Origin: a virus
Taxonomy: Duplodnaviria > Heunggongvirae > Uroviricota > Caudoviricetes
Virus record (IMG/VR): IMGVR_UViG_2744054912_000007
Length of the DNA stretch: 55,613 nucleotides
Strand: one strand, 5' to 3'
In this document: one piece after another, positions 11,638-21,828 of the stretch
Numbering within the stretch: the first letter of the stretch is position 1
Layout of the letters: the number at the start of each line of letters is the position of its first letter
Notes under the pieces: generated by a model
Databases searched by the model: none
What the model saw: only the letters and a program-made list of their open reading frames with translations
Told to the model about the DNA's origin: nothing
Program-made: the position numbers and the translations under genes

Positions 11638-14600
11638 TTAATATTCCCCCATCACGTCGCATATTTAACAGATTGCCCTGCACCCGCTGATCAACCATCC
11701 CCATAAGTGCTTTTATTGCCTGAGGGCCAATCTCTCCATTCTGGCCGTCATTTTGAATAGTGATTTGGTATACAGGGGCATAGGTAATATCTCCGCCTCC
11801 ATTACCACTTTTACTATTAATAGCTCTGACACCAAGAGAACCATCGGAAGTTCGTGTTAATGGCATAATGGCTTCCGGTCCAGCCTCACCAAAAACACCA
11901 GCCCCTTTTGCAAAAGCAAAAAATTGCGGGGAATCATAAATACCGTTCGAATACGTGCTCAATGACGGAGACTCATAAACACCGCCCTTTGCATTCGGAA
12001 TAAATTTACTAATAGCACTCCCGATAGTTCCTAAAATCCCCCCAGAAGAACTGTTACTAATGCTGTCGAAAATCCCAGTAATTGAAGCCTTTAATGCCAT
12101 TCGACTAAGATCCGAAATCACGGAAGTAGCGAAAGAACGAAAATTTGCCTTGCCTGTCGTGACAAAATCACCCAGCGCATCGGTCATCCCATCAAACATC
12201 TGAGTCGTGGTTGATTTTATCTGCTCACTGATATCCTTAGTGTCATCCAGCCAGTTATTGAATCCCTGGGAGGCACCACTAACCCAGTCTCCTGCCTGAA
12301 TATCGAGCTGCTCGTTTTTCTGTCTGACAATTTCTTTTTCCCGTTCCAGAGCATCATTCAGAGCCTGCATTTTCTCTTGAAAAACATGATCTGACATTCC
12401 ACGGGATTTATCTGCATAGTCACGTTCAAGTTGCAGACGCTGATTGTTATATCCATGTTCAATCCGCAGTAATTCCTGCTGGCGTTGCTGATTTTTATCG
12501 CCAACCCCATAACCAGCAATCTGAATATCATACCCCTGCTGACGATTATCAATCGAAGCCTGCAATGAATCACGCCATGCTGTTATTTCGGCGGATTCCT
12601 TGATTAGCCTGTTATTCTTTTCAATCGCAACATTTTTCTCCATCAACGCGGTTATTTCTTCCCGGTGTAAGAGAAGCGATTTCTGATCCTGGGTTAATTT
12701 CGATGATGGTCGTGACTCTAGGTCGGCAATCCGCTGACGCCACTTAACCAGTTCCTGTTCAGAGGAACTTAATTTAACGGTCAACTCAGCTTGTGAACTT
12801 AGTAACGCATTCTGTTGATTCAGATGATCAATCATTCGTTGGGCTGCATCATCAGAATAACCTTTCGCCTTTGGTTGCTTTGGATCTTTATAACGCTCAT
12901 TTATTTGAGCGATAAGATTATTATATTCTTCCTTTGAATACTGATTCTTTAGCTTTTCCAGTTTTGCAAGTTCACTAGCTCTCTGCTGCTCCCGGGTCTG
13001 ATATTGTTTTGAAAAGGCATCTGCTCTCTGTCTGAGTTCAATTCCTTCCTGTTGTCGCTTGTTGTAATCGTTTATTGATGAATTTAGTACGTCCTGAGCA
13101 ATTTTTTCTGCTTGAAGTACGCCCAATTGCTGCTTTAATCGTGCCAGCCTTTTATTTTGAGCTCCGCCATCTCCAATGCCACCTAACCCGAAAACTCCGG
13201 GTCGGGTATTTTTTTCTATTTCATCAATTTGACGGAGAACATCTGAGATTTTTTGATCAAGGGAGGCCTCACGGCCAATATCCAGCATGGAATCCCATGC
13301 CCATTTTGCGGAGTCTGCGACAGCTTTCCATGCAGTCTCAAGATAACCAAGATTTTCTTTAATCTGGTTGGTGCGCTGGATCATTGAGGATGAGTATTCT
13401 TCTGTCGCAATGCGGGCGGCCTCCTGCTGGTTCCCTTCATCCTGTAGCGCCTTAATCTGGTTATAAGTCGCAAGTGTCAGAAAATGGTACTGATCATTAA
13501 GTTTTGATATGGCACTGACAGGATCCTTTGCAATTTCATTGAAGTCATTAACCAGTTGTTCGGTTGATATTCCTGTTACTTCGCTCGTTTTTACTATCGC
13601 TGTCGTCACTTGCTCCAGCGAACTGCTCGCTACCTTTCCCGAACGCACAAGCTGATTTAATACTGCCGCCGCAGCACCAGTTGTCGAATCAGCCGCATTC
13701 CCGGCACGTTGAGCTATATCGCCCAATTGCCCGCTGGTTGTCCCCAACTGATTTCCGGTAAGAATAAGAGATTTATTAAACTCGTCCTGCTCCTGAGAGC
13801 CTTTATAGTAAGCCAGTCCTAAGACCCCAACGGCTGCTGCGGCCAGGGTAAAAGGATTAATTAATCCCAGCACATAAGAACCTACACCTTTGATCGCCGG
13901 GCCAATCCCACCGAACATATCTTTTAGCTGGCCGCCCTGCTGCATTAACACCATAAATGGCGACTGACCAGTGGACAACCCAACAACAATATCCGTCATT
14001 TGTGCAGGCAACATGCGCATAGCAAAAGCCGTTTGTTTTGCCGACATTCCGGTTTTGCTTAATTGTGATTGAGTAACCTCAAGCTCACTCCGCATAGCAC
14101 GAAGTTTTCCAGAAAGCTCCTCATACATTTCAGGAGAAAGCATCCCCTTAGCTTTTGCTTCATTGAGCTGTTTCTGTTGTTCTACCAGACGATTAAAAGC
14201 AGTTCCGACAGGATCAAGTTGAGCAATCAGACGTTGCAAAGCAACAACCTGTTCATCATGCGCTTTTGCTGCTTCTCGCTCTGCCTGAGCCTCTCCGGTA
14301 AGCTCTCGCCGTGTTTCCTGTATTTTTCGGCTATAATTCTCAAACTGAGAACCATTTATTTTCCCGGATGCAAACGCAGCATTAAGTTCATCATGCTGTT
14401 GTTCAAGATTTCTTAGCGCCGCAGCCAGAGGGTCGATCTTGTCCAGCATTCTTTGAAAGGCCTGAGCCTGCGCTTCCTGCTGGGCGGCAGCAAGTTTTCC
14501 GGCCTTCTCGGCTTCTCTCTGCGCTTGCGCAACCCCGCTCAATTCCTCTGTGGTTTCATTAAGTTTACGGACAAGAAATTCATATTCTTCTTTATCAATA

Positions 14601-14863
14601 AGCCCTTTATCGAAAAATTTCTTTAATTCAGAATAGCGTCGACCGACAGTATCAATTGCGGCACCAACTGGATCAATAGCTGCTTTTAATTTTGCGAGCG
14701 CGTTCTTCTCATCTTCTGTTGCCTTAGTCACTTTCCCTGCGCTATTTGCAGCAGTTTCCCCAGCCTGCGTCATTTTGACTAATGAGGAGGTCAGATTGTC
14801 AGCATTATTTTTCGCTCCAGTGCTATCAATAATTATTGCGAGACGCGAGGTTTGCTCTGCCAT
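11630..14863 (-). CDS. Tail tape measure protein (1077 aa)
   Basis: Very long, coiled-coil-rich protein with a hydrophobic glycine-rich segment, located between the tail chaperone and M. Confidence 0.85.
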
Positions 14864-14877
14864 TTATTAAAACTCCT

Positions 14878-14908
14878 GACAACAAAAAACCCACCGCGAA
14901 GTGGGTTT
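14878..14908 (-). terminator. Putative intrinsic terminator or attenuator upstream of the tape measure gene
   Basis: Minus-strand hairpin AAACCCAC-ttcgcg-GTGGGTTT followed by TTTTTGTTG, inside the 165-bp gap between the T-frame stop and the tape measure start. Confidence 0.5.
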
Positions 14909-15028
14909 CAGGCGACATAATAGTAGATATAGCGATTACGAGGCCACGCAATGCTTTTCTCCAGGAGCATCATCGATTTAATTAAAGACACCATCACATC
15001 TCTGTAACAGAGTGTACGTAATTAACAA

Positions 15029-15349
15029 CTACACACACTGCTCCTGAAAATACTGGTCATCCAGTGCAAAGATCACTGCTTCAAATTCATCGCGCTCAAT
15101 CAATACCGGATGAGTGGCTAAATATTCATTTATCTCTGTCAGAGATAAAGGCAAAGGCACCCCAGCCATTCCAGCATAACGTCGGGCACGGGATATTACC
15201 GAATAGGCGTACAACAACTCCTTAAGCACCGGGTCTATTTCTGGTTCCGGTATCGGTGGCAACCTGAGTTTTTCTCGCTTCCATCTTGCCTTTTCCCCCC
15301 TTTCTCCCCCGAACTCCGATAACCACCGCTGGGCAGCTATGGCTTTTTT
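15029..15349 (-). CDS. T-frame extension of tail assembly chaperone (GT fusion via -1 frameshift)
   Basis: The -1 frame is open from 11 codons before the G stop through to 15029. The listed 77-aa ORF begins at an internal TTG of this frame. Confidence 0.55.
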   Translation of the reverse strand, partial: KKAIAAQRWLSEFGGERGEKARWKREKLRLPPIPEPEIDPVLKELLYAYSVISRARRYAGMAGVPLPLSLTEINEYLATHPVLIERDEFEAVIFALDDQYFQEQCV

Positions 15350-15798
15350 ATCGTATCCTGCTTCTGCTGCTCTTTACCCTGGGCGATGCTGGCTGCTTCT
15401 GCAAGGATCTGCCAGTACAACTCTGGATTCTGCTTAAGCAGCGCGATCCCTCGTTCTGCCGTATATTCCAGTGCAACCTCAACACCATTAACCAGTTCAC
15501 CAACCCCTTTCCAGTCTTTCAGCAGATAACGAGCGGCATTATCAATGAGTAAATCATCAACAGAATCCACCTCGGAAACCTTTGAAATATCAAACTCCTT
15601 CGTTCCGACGTGCAAACTGGCATCCATTTTCTCAATGTGGCGACGGATTAATGCATTACGGGAGCGATACTGATCGTTATCGCTGCTTGCCACCAACAGT
15701 TTTAACCCGTCTACAGGTTTTAAGTCCTTCATTGGCGTAAACCAGCGTTCTCCACCAATGATAATTTTCTGATTAAGAATAAACATCCATAACCTCAT
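15337..15798 (-). CDS. Tail assembly chaperone G-like (153 aa)
   Basis: Lies between the major tail gene and the tape measure gene and ends at a slippery A AAA AAG heptamer. Confidence 0.7.
   Translation of the reverse strand: MRLWMFILNQKIIIGGERWFTPMKDLKPVDGLKLLVASSDNDQYRSRNALIRRHIEKMDASLHVGTKEFDISKVSEVDSVDDLLIDNAARYLLKDWKGVGELVNGVEVALEYTAERGIALLKQNPELYWQILAEAASIAQGKEQQKQDTIKKP
15343..15349 (-). other. Programmed -1 ribosomal frameshift slippery heptamer A AAA AAG
   Basis: Minus-strand ...GAT ACG ATA AAA AAG CCA TAG. The heptamer is in the correct zero-frame register, 2 codons before the G stop, and the -1 frame is open downstream. Confidence 0.6.
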
Positions 15799-15846
15799 TC
15801 AATGCGTCCCCCTGTAGGGCAGTACCACAGGAGGATTAACGGAAAA

Positions 15847-16809
15847 TCAACTAATCGCCTCAGCACTGGCTTTTGCGATCACGGCAGCCGGGGAATTTTT
15901 TTTTCTGGTTATCGTAGGTGCTTCATCTGCTGCGGTAATGCTCAATTGAACCTGGATAATGTCGCTATTACCCCCATCAGGCCATTCACCTGACACCTGA
16001 ACCTTCGGGAAACTGAAAGTGTATGCCCCCTCTCCATTCGAAAGCGTGAAGCTGAACGGAACTGTTTCTCCAGTCAGTGTTTTACTCCAGATTTCCCACG
16101 CGGCTTTAGACCATGAAAGCGTCACCGTACCGGACGGTGTAAAAGTAGTCGGAATATTTGCTCCTGCATAAGGCGAGCCAGTCCCGATACAACGCTGTGT
16201 CTGGAGTTTGTTATCGAACTGAATATCAAAACTGTCGATACAAAAACCGTTACCTCCGGCAACACCATTCAGGCTTACTGCTGAAACCTCCTTAAACGAA
16301 TAACGTAGCTTTCCTGCACTATCCACAGGTTCGCCTTTGATAAAATTCGTATCATCGGCCTTTGATTCCCAGTCCAGTCCGGCAAAGGTTACGGTCGCTG
16401 TAATATCGCCGTCGTTAGGGATCTGCATTTTCCATGAGCCAACCTGCGCTCCTCTGACGACAGAGGCAATTCCGACATCGGACGCATAGGTCGCCAGAGA
16501 AAATGTTATTCGCTCATTCCCCATTGTCAGAGAATCGCCTGACCATTCCGCGCCGAAACAGGATGCAAGAAAATCATCATGTTGACCCCAGCGAAATTTG
16601 GTACCAACATCACCGCCGACATCCACAGTGCCAGGCGTCGCCCCCTGAGCCATCCGGGAGCCACCAATCTCATTATTTTCGCCTTTATTCTGGGTGGGTT
16701 TTACTCCCCAGCTTGTGCGTTTTAATAAACTCCAGTCACCACTTGCTGGCGTAGTGCCTGCAACCGTCTCCCGGATAAATGCCGAGATAACCTTTGCACC
16801 TGAACTCAC
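15847..16809 (-). CDS. Major tail (tube) protein with C-terminal Ig-like extension (320 aa)
   Basis: Position immediately upstream of the G/GT chaperone genes; beta-rich, with a C-terminal Thr/Ser-rich beta-rich region of the kind that forms Ig-like decoration domains. Confidence 0.65.
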   Translation of the reverse strand: MSSGAKVISAFIRETVAGTTPASGDWSLLKRTSWGVKPTQNKGENNEIGGSRMAQGATPGTVDVGGDVGTKFRWGQHDDFLASCFGAEWSGDSLTMGNERITFSLATYASDVGIASVVRGAQVGSWKMQIPNDGDITATVTFAGLDWESKADDTNFIKGEPVDSAGKLRYSFKEVSAVSLNGVAGGNGFCIDSFDIQFDNKLQTQRCIGTGSPYAGANIPTTFTPSGTVTLSWSKAAWEIWSKTLTGETVPFSFTLSNGEGAYTFSFPKVQVSGEWPDGGNSDIIQVQLSITAADEAPTITRKKNSPAAVIAKASAEAIS

Positions 16810-16835
16810 AGGAGCCTCCTATGTCATTAATTGCG

Positions 16836-17228
16836 CTAGAGCGCGCGATATGGAATTTGAAGATTAAGCTGGAACCAGCCATTCTTTTCGCCAACGGCTA
16901 TTGAGGAAACAGCCTGGTAACTGAGACGATCGTCATCCTGAAACTCAAACAGTTCCCGCAATTTATCGGCTGTCTCAGTAATGAGTTTTGAACCAGAACC
17001 TGCGGGGACAAATAACTGAATAATGATTATCCCCGTGCGATAAACAATCGGCCCCGCGCCAATTTCATTAACTCCAGCCTGCCCGGGAATATTACTTAAC
17101 CGCGCCCAGATTAACTTACCGGAAGGATCGAACGTTGGCGCGTTCGGATACAATACGTCTTTTCCATCAATAATCGTCTGTGCCGTCATTCTGGAAATAA
17201 CCGTATTTCTGATTTCAGTAAACGTCAT
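16836..17228 (-). CDS. Tail terminator / tail completion protein (130 aa)
   Basis: Position between the gp10-like gene and the major tail gene; typical size. Confidence 0.5.
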   Translation of the reverse strand: MTFTEIRNTVISRMTAQTIIDGKDVLYPNAPTFDPSGKLIWARLSNIPGQAGVNEIGAGPIVYRTGIIIIQLFVPAGSGSKLITETADKLRELFEFQDDDRLSYQAVSSIAVGEKNGWFQLNLQIPYRAL

Positions 17229-17605
17229 TTGTAAGCCTGTAAAACACCATGAAAAGCGTTGGCATACACGCCAGTTGGCGCTTGTTGTGAATGACCGTTT
17301 TCAAGAGCCTCTGCATAAGGAAGGTTATTCTGGATATAAATAACTCCGTAATTTGCAGCTTTCGAAATAACCCCGATCCCACGCTGAACAGCAATCGTAC
17401 CGTTCGGATCCACGTTATCAGATATACCAAAATCGGGATGCTGTAACGACACCAGGTTGTTATTTCTGAAACGTCCGGTATCAACCGGAGCAGCAATATC
17501 AATAGCAGTAAGAATCTGAATAGCGATGTAGCGAATCTTCAGCCCTACATCTTCCTCAATCATCCCGGCAAATATTGACGGTTCTATATCCCATGCCTTT
17601 GCCAT
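17225..17605 (-). CDS. HK97 gp10-family head-tail joining protein (126 aa)
   Basis: DTGRFRNN motif characteristic of the HK97 gp10 family; start/stop coupled to neighbours. Confidence 0.6.
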   Translation of the reverse strand: MAKAWDIEPSIFAGMIEEDVGLKIRYIAIQILTAIDIAAPVDTGRFRNNNLVSLQHPDFGISDNVDPNGTIAVQRGIGVISKAANYGVIYIQNNLPYAEALENGHSQQAPTGVYANAFHGVLQAYK

Positions 17606-17989
17606 TTACGCTCTCCTTAACTGGATAGAGTAAACTGATGCGGAAGGATCTACACTTGCTGTAATTACCTCGTATCGTTGTAACTGCCTTGATACAGGAT
17701 CATAAATCTCAATAATATGGTCGACAGCTGGTTTATCCGTAACCTCGCATACCAGAGCGGTTAATTTAAGGTCACCATGCAAAATATTAATCCCATCAAT
17801 TCTGCCCAGCTTATAACGTGTCAACACGCCTCGCCCGGTATAGATTGCGGTGGATTCGCCGCCAGTTTCCGTCACAGGATCCCAGTGCCGGTGCGTAACG
17901 TAAGAACCAGAAAAATCACTCACGGCGTCCGCTAAATCCTCATCAAAAGCAGCGGCAACCTCTGACTGAATCTCTTCACGAAGCCCCAT
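17606..17989 (-). CDS. Head closure / head-tail adaptor protein (127 aa)
   Basis: Position and size in the head-tail joining cluster. Confidence 0.5.
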   Translation of the reverse strand: MGLREEIQSEVAAAFDEDLADAVSDFSGSYVTHRHWDPVTETGGESTAIYTGRGVLTRYKLGRIDGINILHGDLKLTALVCEVTDKPAVDHIIEIYDPVSRQLQRYEVITASVDPSASVYSIQLRRA

Positions 17990-18383
17990 TATCCCCCCCT
18001 CACAACCCTGACTTGTGAGCGACTAAGTCCGTACGGTTTCAGCAGTGCTATCGCAAGCTGTAAATCGGGTTCAAGCAATGCAGTGCTGTTTGCTGGCAAC
18101 TCAGAAAATGATTTCGATACACTGACCCCGTCAGCCGACACGGCTTTACTGATAACAACGCCAGAATCATTTTTCTGCTGAAACAACTTACCGAATGAGG
18201 CAATTCTGGCTGCATATGCTCCCGCAAGTTTTACCTCTTCCGGAATACGGGATGGGTTAATTTTCAGGTTGAGCCATTAAGCCAGGCATTAGCCATTAAA
18301 ACAGCTTTATTTTTAGCGTTCTCACTCGTCCAGGCGTTCCCAAACGCATTATCAACGTCATCACAGGTCACGTAAGTGATCAT
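17989..18383 (-). pseudogene. Head-tail connector-like gene split over two frames (frameshift or sequencing indel)
   Basis: A 39-codon ORF (MITYVTCDDVDNAFGNAW...LNGST) ends at TGA about 18263. The 65-aa track ORF starts at TTG, and its frame is open upstream to a TAA that lies a few nt before that TGA, so a single-base shift would fuse them into a protein of about 125 aa. Confidence 0.4.
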
Positions 18384-18386
18384 GTG

Positions 18387-18563
18387 TTACTCCTGAGTTT
18401 TCCAGCCCATAGCCTTCCAGTTGTCAACTTCATCAGGATGAACATTAGCGATAGTTGGTGCGCCGGGAAACATCTGATAATCGGTCACCATAACCACTAA
18501 CTCAATTTGCGTTTTTTGTGCGGCTTCACGCTGTGCTCTTTGCTCTTTAGTTAATCCGGCCAT
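18387..18563 (-). CDS. Small hypothetical head-module protein (58 aa, MAGLTKEQRAQREAAQK...)
   Basis: Hand-translated ORF starting right after the capsid terminator with a G-rich SD; absent from the ORF track because it is under 60 aa. Confidence 0.35.
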   Translation of the reverse strand: MAGLTKEQRAQREAAQKTQIELVVMVTDYQMFPGAPTIANVHPDEVDNWKAMGWKTQE

Positions 18564-18570
18564 ATGCCCC

Positions 18571-18595
18571 CCATTAAAAATGGGGCCGAAGCCCC
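18571..18595 (-). terminator. Intrinsic terminator after the major capsid gene
   Basis: Minus-strand GGGGC-ttcg-GCCCC hairpin followed by ATTTTTAAT, about 10 nt after the capsid stop codon. Confidence 0.6.
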
Positions 18596-18605
18596 GTTTG
18601 AATGT

Positions 18606-19745
18606 TTAACCAAGAATCAGACAACCATGTGCCGGCTTCACTGATGAAACACCCCATGCCAGTCCAACTTCATAGCGCACCTGGCGATACTGACGATACA
18701 GTGCAATCTGGAACGTAATCCCTGAAATCGGGTCCGTAACATTCATTACATCATCAGCATTATCGCCATCTTCCGGCATTGCCGGAGTACGGGATGCCAG
18801 CAGAAACGCGTTGCGATCAAACGCCATATTTGCCGTAAAGGCCCCAACAACTGTGATGGCAGTATCATCGGCCAGATCCTGACGCAGTCCGGGCGCTGCA
18901 AGAGTAATCAGATTGCTGGTCGCTGCTGCCACAACATACTGATTCGGATCACCAGCGAACGTAACAATCTGACCTGCAGAAATACTCCCCGAACCAGTAT
19001 CAATGGAAATAAGAACATCGCCTTCTTTTTTCTCTCCATTCACGAGATAACCAGTTGCAGCAACCTTTGGCGCTCGTTTCACACCTGCCGAACTGTGAAT
19101 ATTGAATCCCTCCAGACACCCCAACACGCCCTCACGCAGTAGCTGTTCAGTGCCGGATTCATTCACTTTAAACAATACAGACTGTTTTCCGCGCAAATTA
19201 GCAATGGCAGTGGAGCCAAGCACCATCTGCAGATCGGTTGTCGGTGCGCCGTTATCCTCCAGAACCTGACGAGCCAGAGCAGCATCAGAAAGATCATCTT
19301 TAACACCAAACGGCGTTGTCCCTGCGGTTCCCACGGCGCGGGAAGCACCGAAATACAACGCACCAAGATCAGCCTCAACCTCGTTTGCAAGGGCGCGAAA
19401 AGCCTGCTTGAACTGATCAGCCAGAATGGTGTTGTAAGTCCCTGAAGGGCCAAGAGCCAGTTGTTCTTCACCATTCCATTTAACCGGTGCCATTTTGGAT
19501 TTAGTAATTTTTACATCAACAGTGCCAATATTTTGATCACCGGTATTCGGAGCTGACGGCCCCGGTACGATATCTTCGGTTTTCGCCTCAGGCGCAACTG
19601 GCGCGGTTACCGTCTGATCTTTTGCTGCGGCGTCAGCTTTTGCGTTTTTTGCTACCGCAGGGATAAAACCTACCTGCTCACGGGATACAACATCCAGGGC
19701 GGTATAAATAGTCGGGATCAACCCGGTCAGGGTATTTCCAGCCAT
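18606..19745 (-). CDS. Major capsid protein
   Basis: Position after the scaffold gene and before the connector genes. The likely start is the internal Met (MAGNTLTGL...), which has an AAGGA SD; the track ORF extends to 19838. Confidence 0.7.
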   Translation of the reverse strand: MAGNTLTGLIPTIYTALDVVSREQVGFIPAVAKNAKADAAAKDQTVTAPVAPEAKTEDIVPGPSAPNTGDQNIGTVDVKITKSKMAPVKWNGEEQLALGPSGTYNTILADQFKQAFRALANEVEADLGALYFGASRAVGTAGTTPFGVKDDLSDAALARQVLEDNGAPTTDLQMVLGSTAIANLRGKQSVLFKVNESGTEQLLREGVLGCLEGFNIHSSAGVKRAPKVAATGYLVNGEKKEGDVLISIDTGSGSISAGQIVTFAGDPNQYVVAAATSNLITLAAPGLRQDLADDTAITVVGAFTANMAFDRNAFLLASRTPAMPEDGDNADDVMNVTDPISGITFQIALYRQYRQVRYEVGLAWGVSSVKPAHGCLILG

Positions 19746-19843
19746 AATTAAATATTCCTTAAAAATTTGCGTAATTGTGAATAGATGGAGTAATGAGCTA
19801 TCCAGCCCTGACACCAGCTCCCATCCGGAAGCTGACAAATGTG

Positions 19844-20608
19844 TTAATCAACGATTGTGATACCGTCTTTCAATGCGTTTTGCTTACCTGCAACATCCAG
19901 TGCATCAAAAGCAGAGCGTTTCATCGTTTTCTGACCAATATCATGCTGTGTCGGACGGGAGCCGCCGCCATTGTTGCCACTGGCTTTCAGGATGTAGTCT
20001 TTCTGAGGGTAATTTTCGACAAGGAACTCCAGCGCCTCATCAAACTGCGCCAGTTCGCCAGGCTTCGCGCGGGAATAAATTTTGTTGCCGGAAGCGTCAT
20101 AAGCAACGATCCTCCCTTCTTCCACTTTGAATGCCTGCCCGAAGCGGGCTTGTAATAAATCTGCCGGGATCGCAATTTTATCGGCAATATATTTTGAACC
20201 CGCAAAACTACCGCCAATCATAGAATCGTAAAGCTGCTTCTCCAGCATCTGAGAGCGTTGCTTTTCTTCATCTAATTGCTGCTGAAAATTTTTCGTAATT
20301 TCTGCCTTAACCTGGTCAACCTGTCCCGCATCGAGCAGCTTTTTCTGGTCGATTTTTGACAGCATTTCCAGTGCCTCGATCGCCTTCTTCGGGTCTTCGA
20401 TAGCGGCAAACTTAGCCAGTTTTTCCTCTGCAGCTTCTTTAGCCAGGCGATGATTTTTTGCCTCGCCATTAAGCTCTGTAATTTTTTTTGTCGCCAGCGG
20501 TGCATCGAAGCCAATTTCTTTACCATCGTCGTGCACATAAACTGGCAGGCCAGCAGTATCAATTTCTGTGTATTGTTTTCCGTTAATCTCGACCGTTTTC
20601 AGTTTCAT
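19844..20608 (-). CDS. Scaffolding protein
   Basis: Charged, alpha-helical, coiled-coil-like sequence (EEKQRSQMLEKQL...) between the MuF-like gene and the capsid gene. The probable start is MKLKTVEINGK at 20606-20608 with an SD; the track ORF extends to 20680. Confidence 0.65.
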   Translation of the reverse strand: MKLKTVEINGKQYTEIDTAGLPVYVHDDGKEIGFDAPLATKKITELNGEAKNHRLAKEAAEEKLAKFAAIEDPKKAIEALEMLSKIDQKKLLDAGQVDQVKAEITKNFQQQLDEEKQRSQMLEKQLYDSMIGGSFAGSKYIADKIAIPADLLQARFGQAFKVEEGRIVAYDASGNKIYSRAKPGELAQFDEALEFLVENYPQKDYILKASGNNGGGSRPTQHDIGQKTMKRSAFDALDVAGKQNALKDGITIVD

Positions 20609-20712
20609 ATTAGTACCTGGTTTAAGTCTTCCGACAGTTACGCTGCTCACCATCCGGATCGCAGCAATAAAAAAGGCCACCCGAAGGTAGCCTGTTGTAA
20701 TAAATGATTTAT

Positions 20713-21828
20713 TTAAATCCCTGCTTTTCTGAATACCTGTGCATCACGCTCACGGAGCTGCTTCAGCGTCAGCCATTCGCCTTTATCGGTGTAAAATTCA
20801 TCTGGCGACATACCACCATCCCGAATCAGCTTTGCTCGGGTTTCCCCCACAATCTGTTTTTGTCTGGTGTAAGGCTGACGCAAAAACCATTCCCTGTAGG
20901 TTGTATCTCCGGCCACCACGCCATCCATGCTGGCCCGCTCAGCCGGGGAAATATCGCGAACATCAATACCCAGTTCCTTCGCTGATTTCAGAATGAACGT
21001 TTCCGTTGAGCGGCAGCAGAAATGAATTTTTCCCGGCCCCTGCAAATAAGGCACGCTGTGACCTACAGGTTTATTATTCAGCGTATATTTGAGGCGATCC
21101 CTGATTCGACATTGTGGCGTAGTACGATTATCAAGCGTTGATAACCATTGCTTACCCTTAATCAAATCATTATTCGCGCTGGCAAAACTCTCACGGGCAG
21201 TAGCAGCAAGATGTCCAACCGCTGTTTTTGCAATGCTGGCCGCATTAGCCCGGCTCATCTGCAATGCACCATCCTGAAATCCCTTACTGACATGTCCCCG
21301 AATTTTTCTTGCGATCTGCTCATTGGTATCCCCCAGCAAAAAACCCTGACGCACTGTATTTGTTATGCGTCTGAGCCGATCCGCCTCAAGATCTGAGGCC
21401 CACTCACTGAGCAGTCGTCCCTGGAATGGTCGCGCCATTGCAGCGGCATAAAGTGCATCAGGAGAGATACCAACCAGAGGGTGAACATCAGCAACAAAAT
21501 CAGGTAGCATAGAATCAAACAGACTTAACTGATAACCAGCCTCATAAATTGCCAGCTCGTTCAGCTCTCCGGAGAGACTGGTAAACATGCTGTTAATAGC
21601 AGTGCGGTTAACCTTTCTGACGCTCGCCAGAAGTGACTCCAGGCGCTTAACGGTAAAATTACCTGGATCGAGGCTGTCCAGTGCTATCAGCAGGCGAGCA
21701 GTAAGTTCCGCATCGCTGTCATTCAGTATTTTCACCATTCTGGCAGCCACGCCAGTGCTATAGCGGGATATCCAGACTGCATGAGCAATTGATTCATCAC
21801 GCAGCCGTTCATTCACGGTTTGCATCAT
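20713..21828 (-). CDS. Head morphogenesis protein, Mu F / SPP1 gp7 family
   Basis: Position directly after the portal gene; 371 aa with the charged, helical character typical of MuF-like minor head proteins. Confidence 0.7.
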   Translation of the reverse strand: MMQTVNERLRDESIAHAVWISRYSTGVAARMVKILNDSDAELTARLLIALDSLDPGNFTVKRLESLLASVRKVNRTAINSMFTSLSGELNELAIYEAGYQLSLFDSMLPDFVADVHPLVGISPDALYAAAMARPFQGRLLSEWASDLEADRLRRITNTVRQGFLLGDTNEQIARKIRGHVSKGFQDGALQMSRANAASIAKTAVGHLAATARESFASANNDLIKGKQWLSTLDNRTTPQCRIRDRLKYTLNNKPVGHSVPYLQGPGKIHFCCRSTETFILKSAKELGIDVRDISPAERASMDGVVAGDTTYREWFLRQPYTRQKQIVGETRAKLIRDGGMSPDEFYTDKGEWLTLKQLRERDAQVFRKAGI

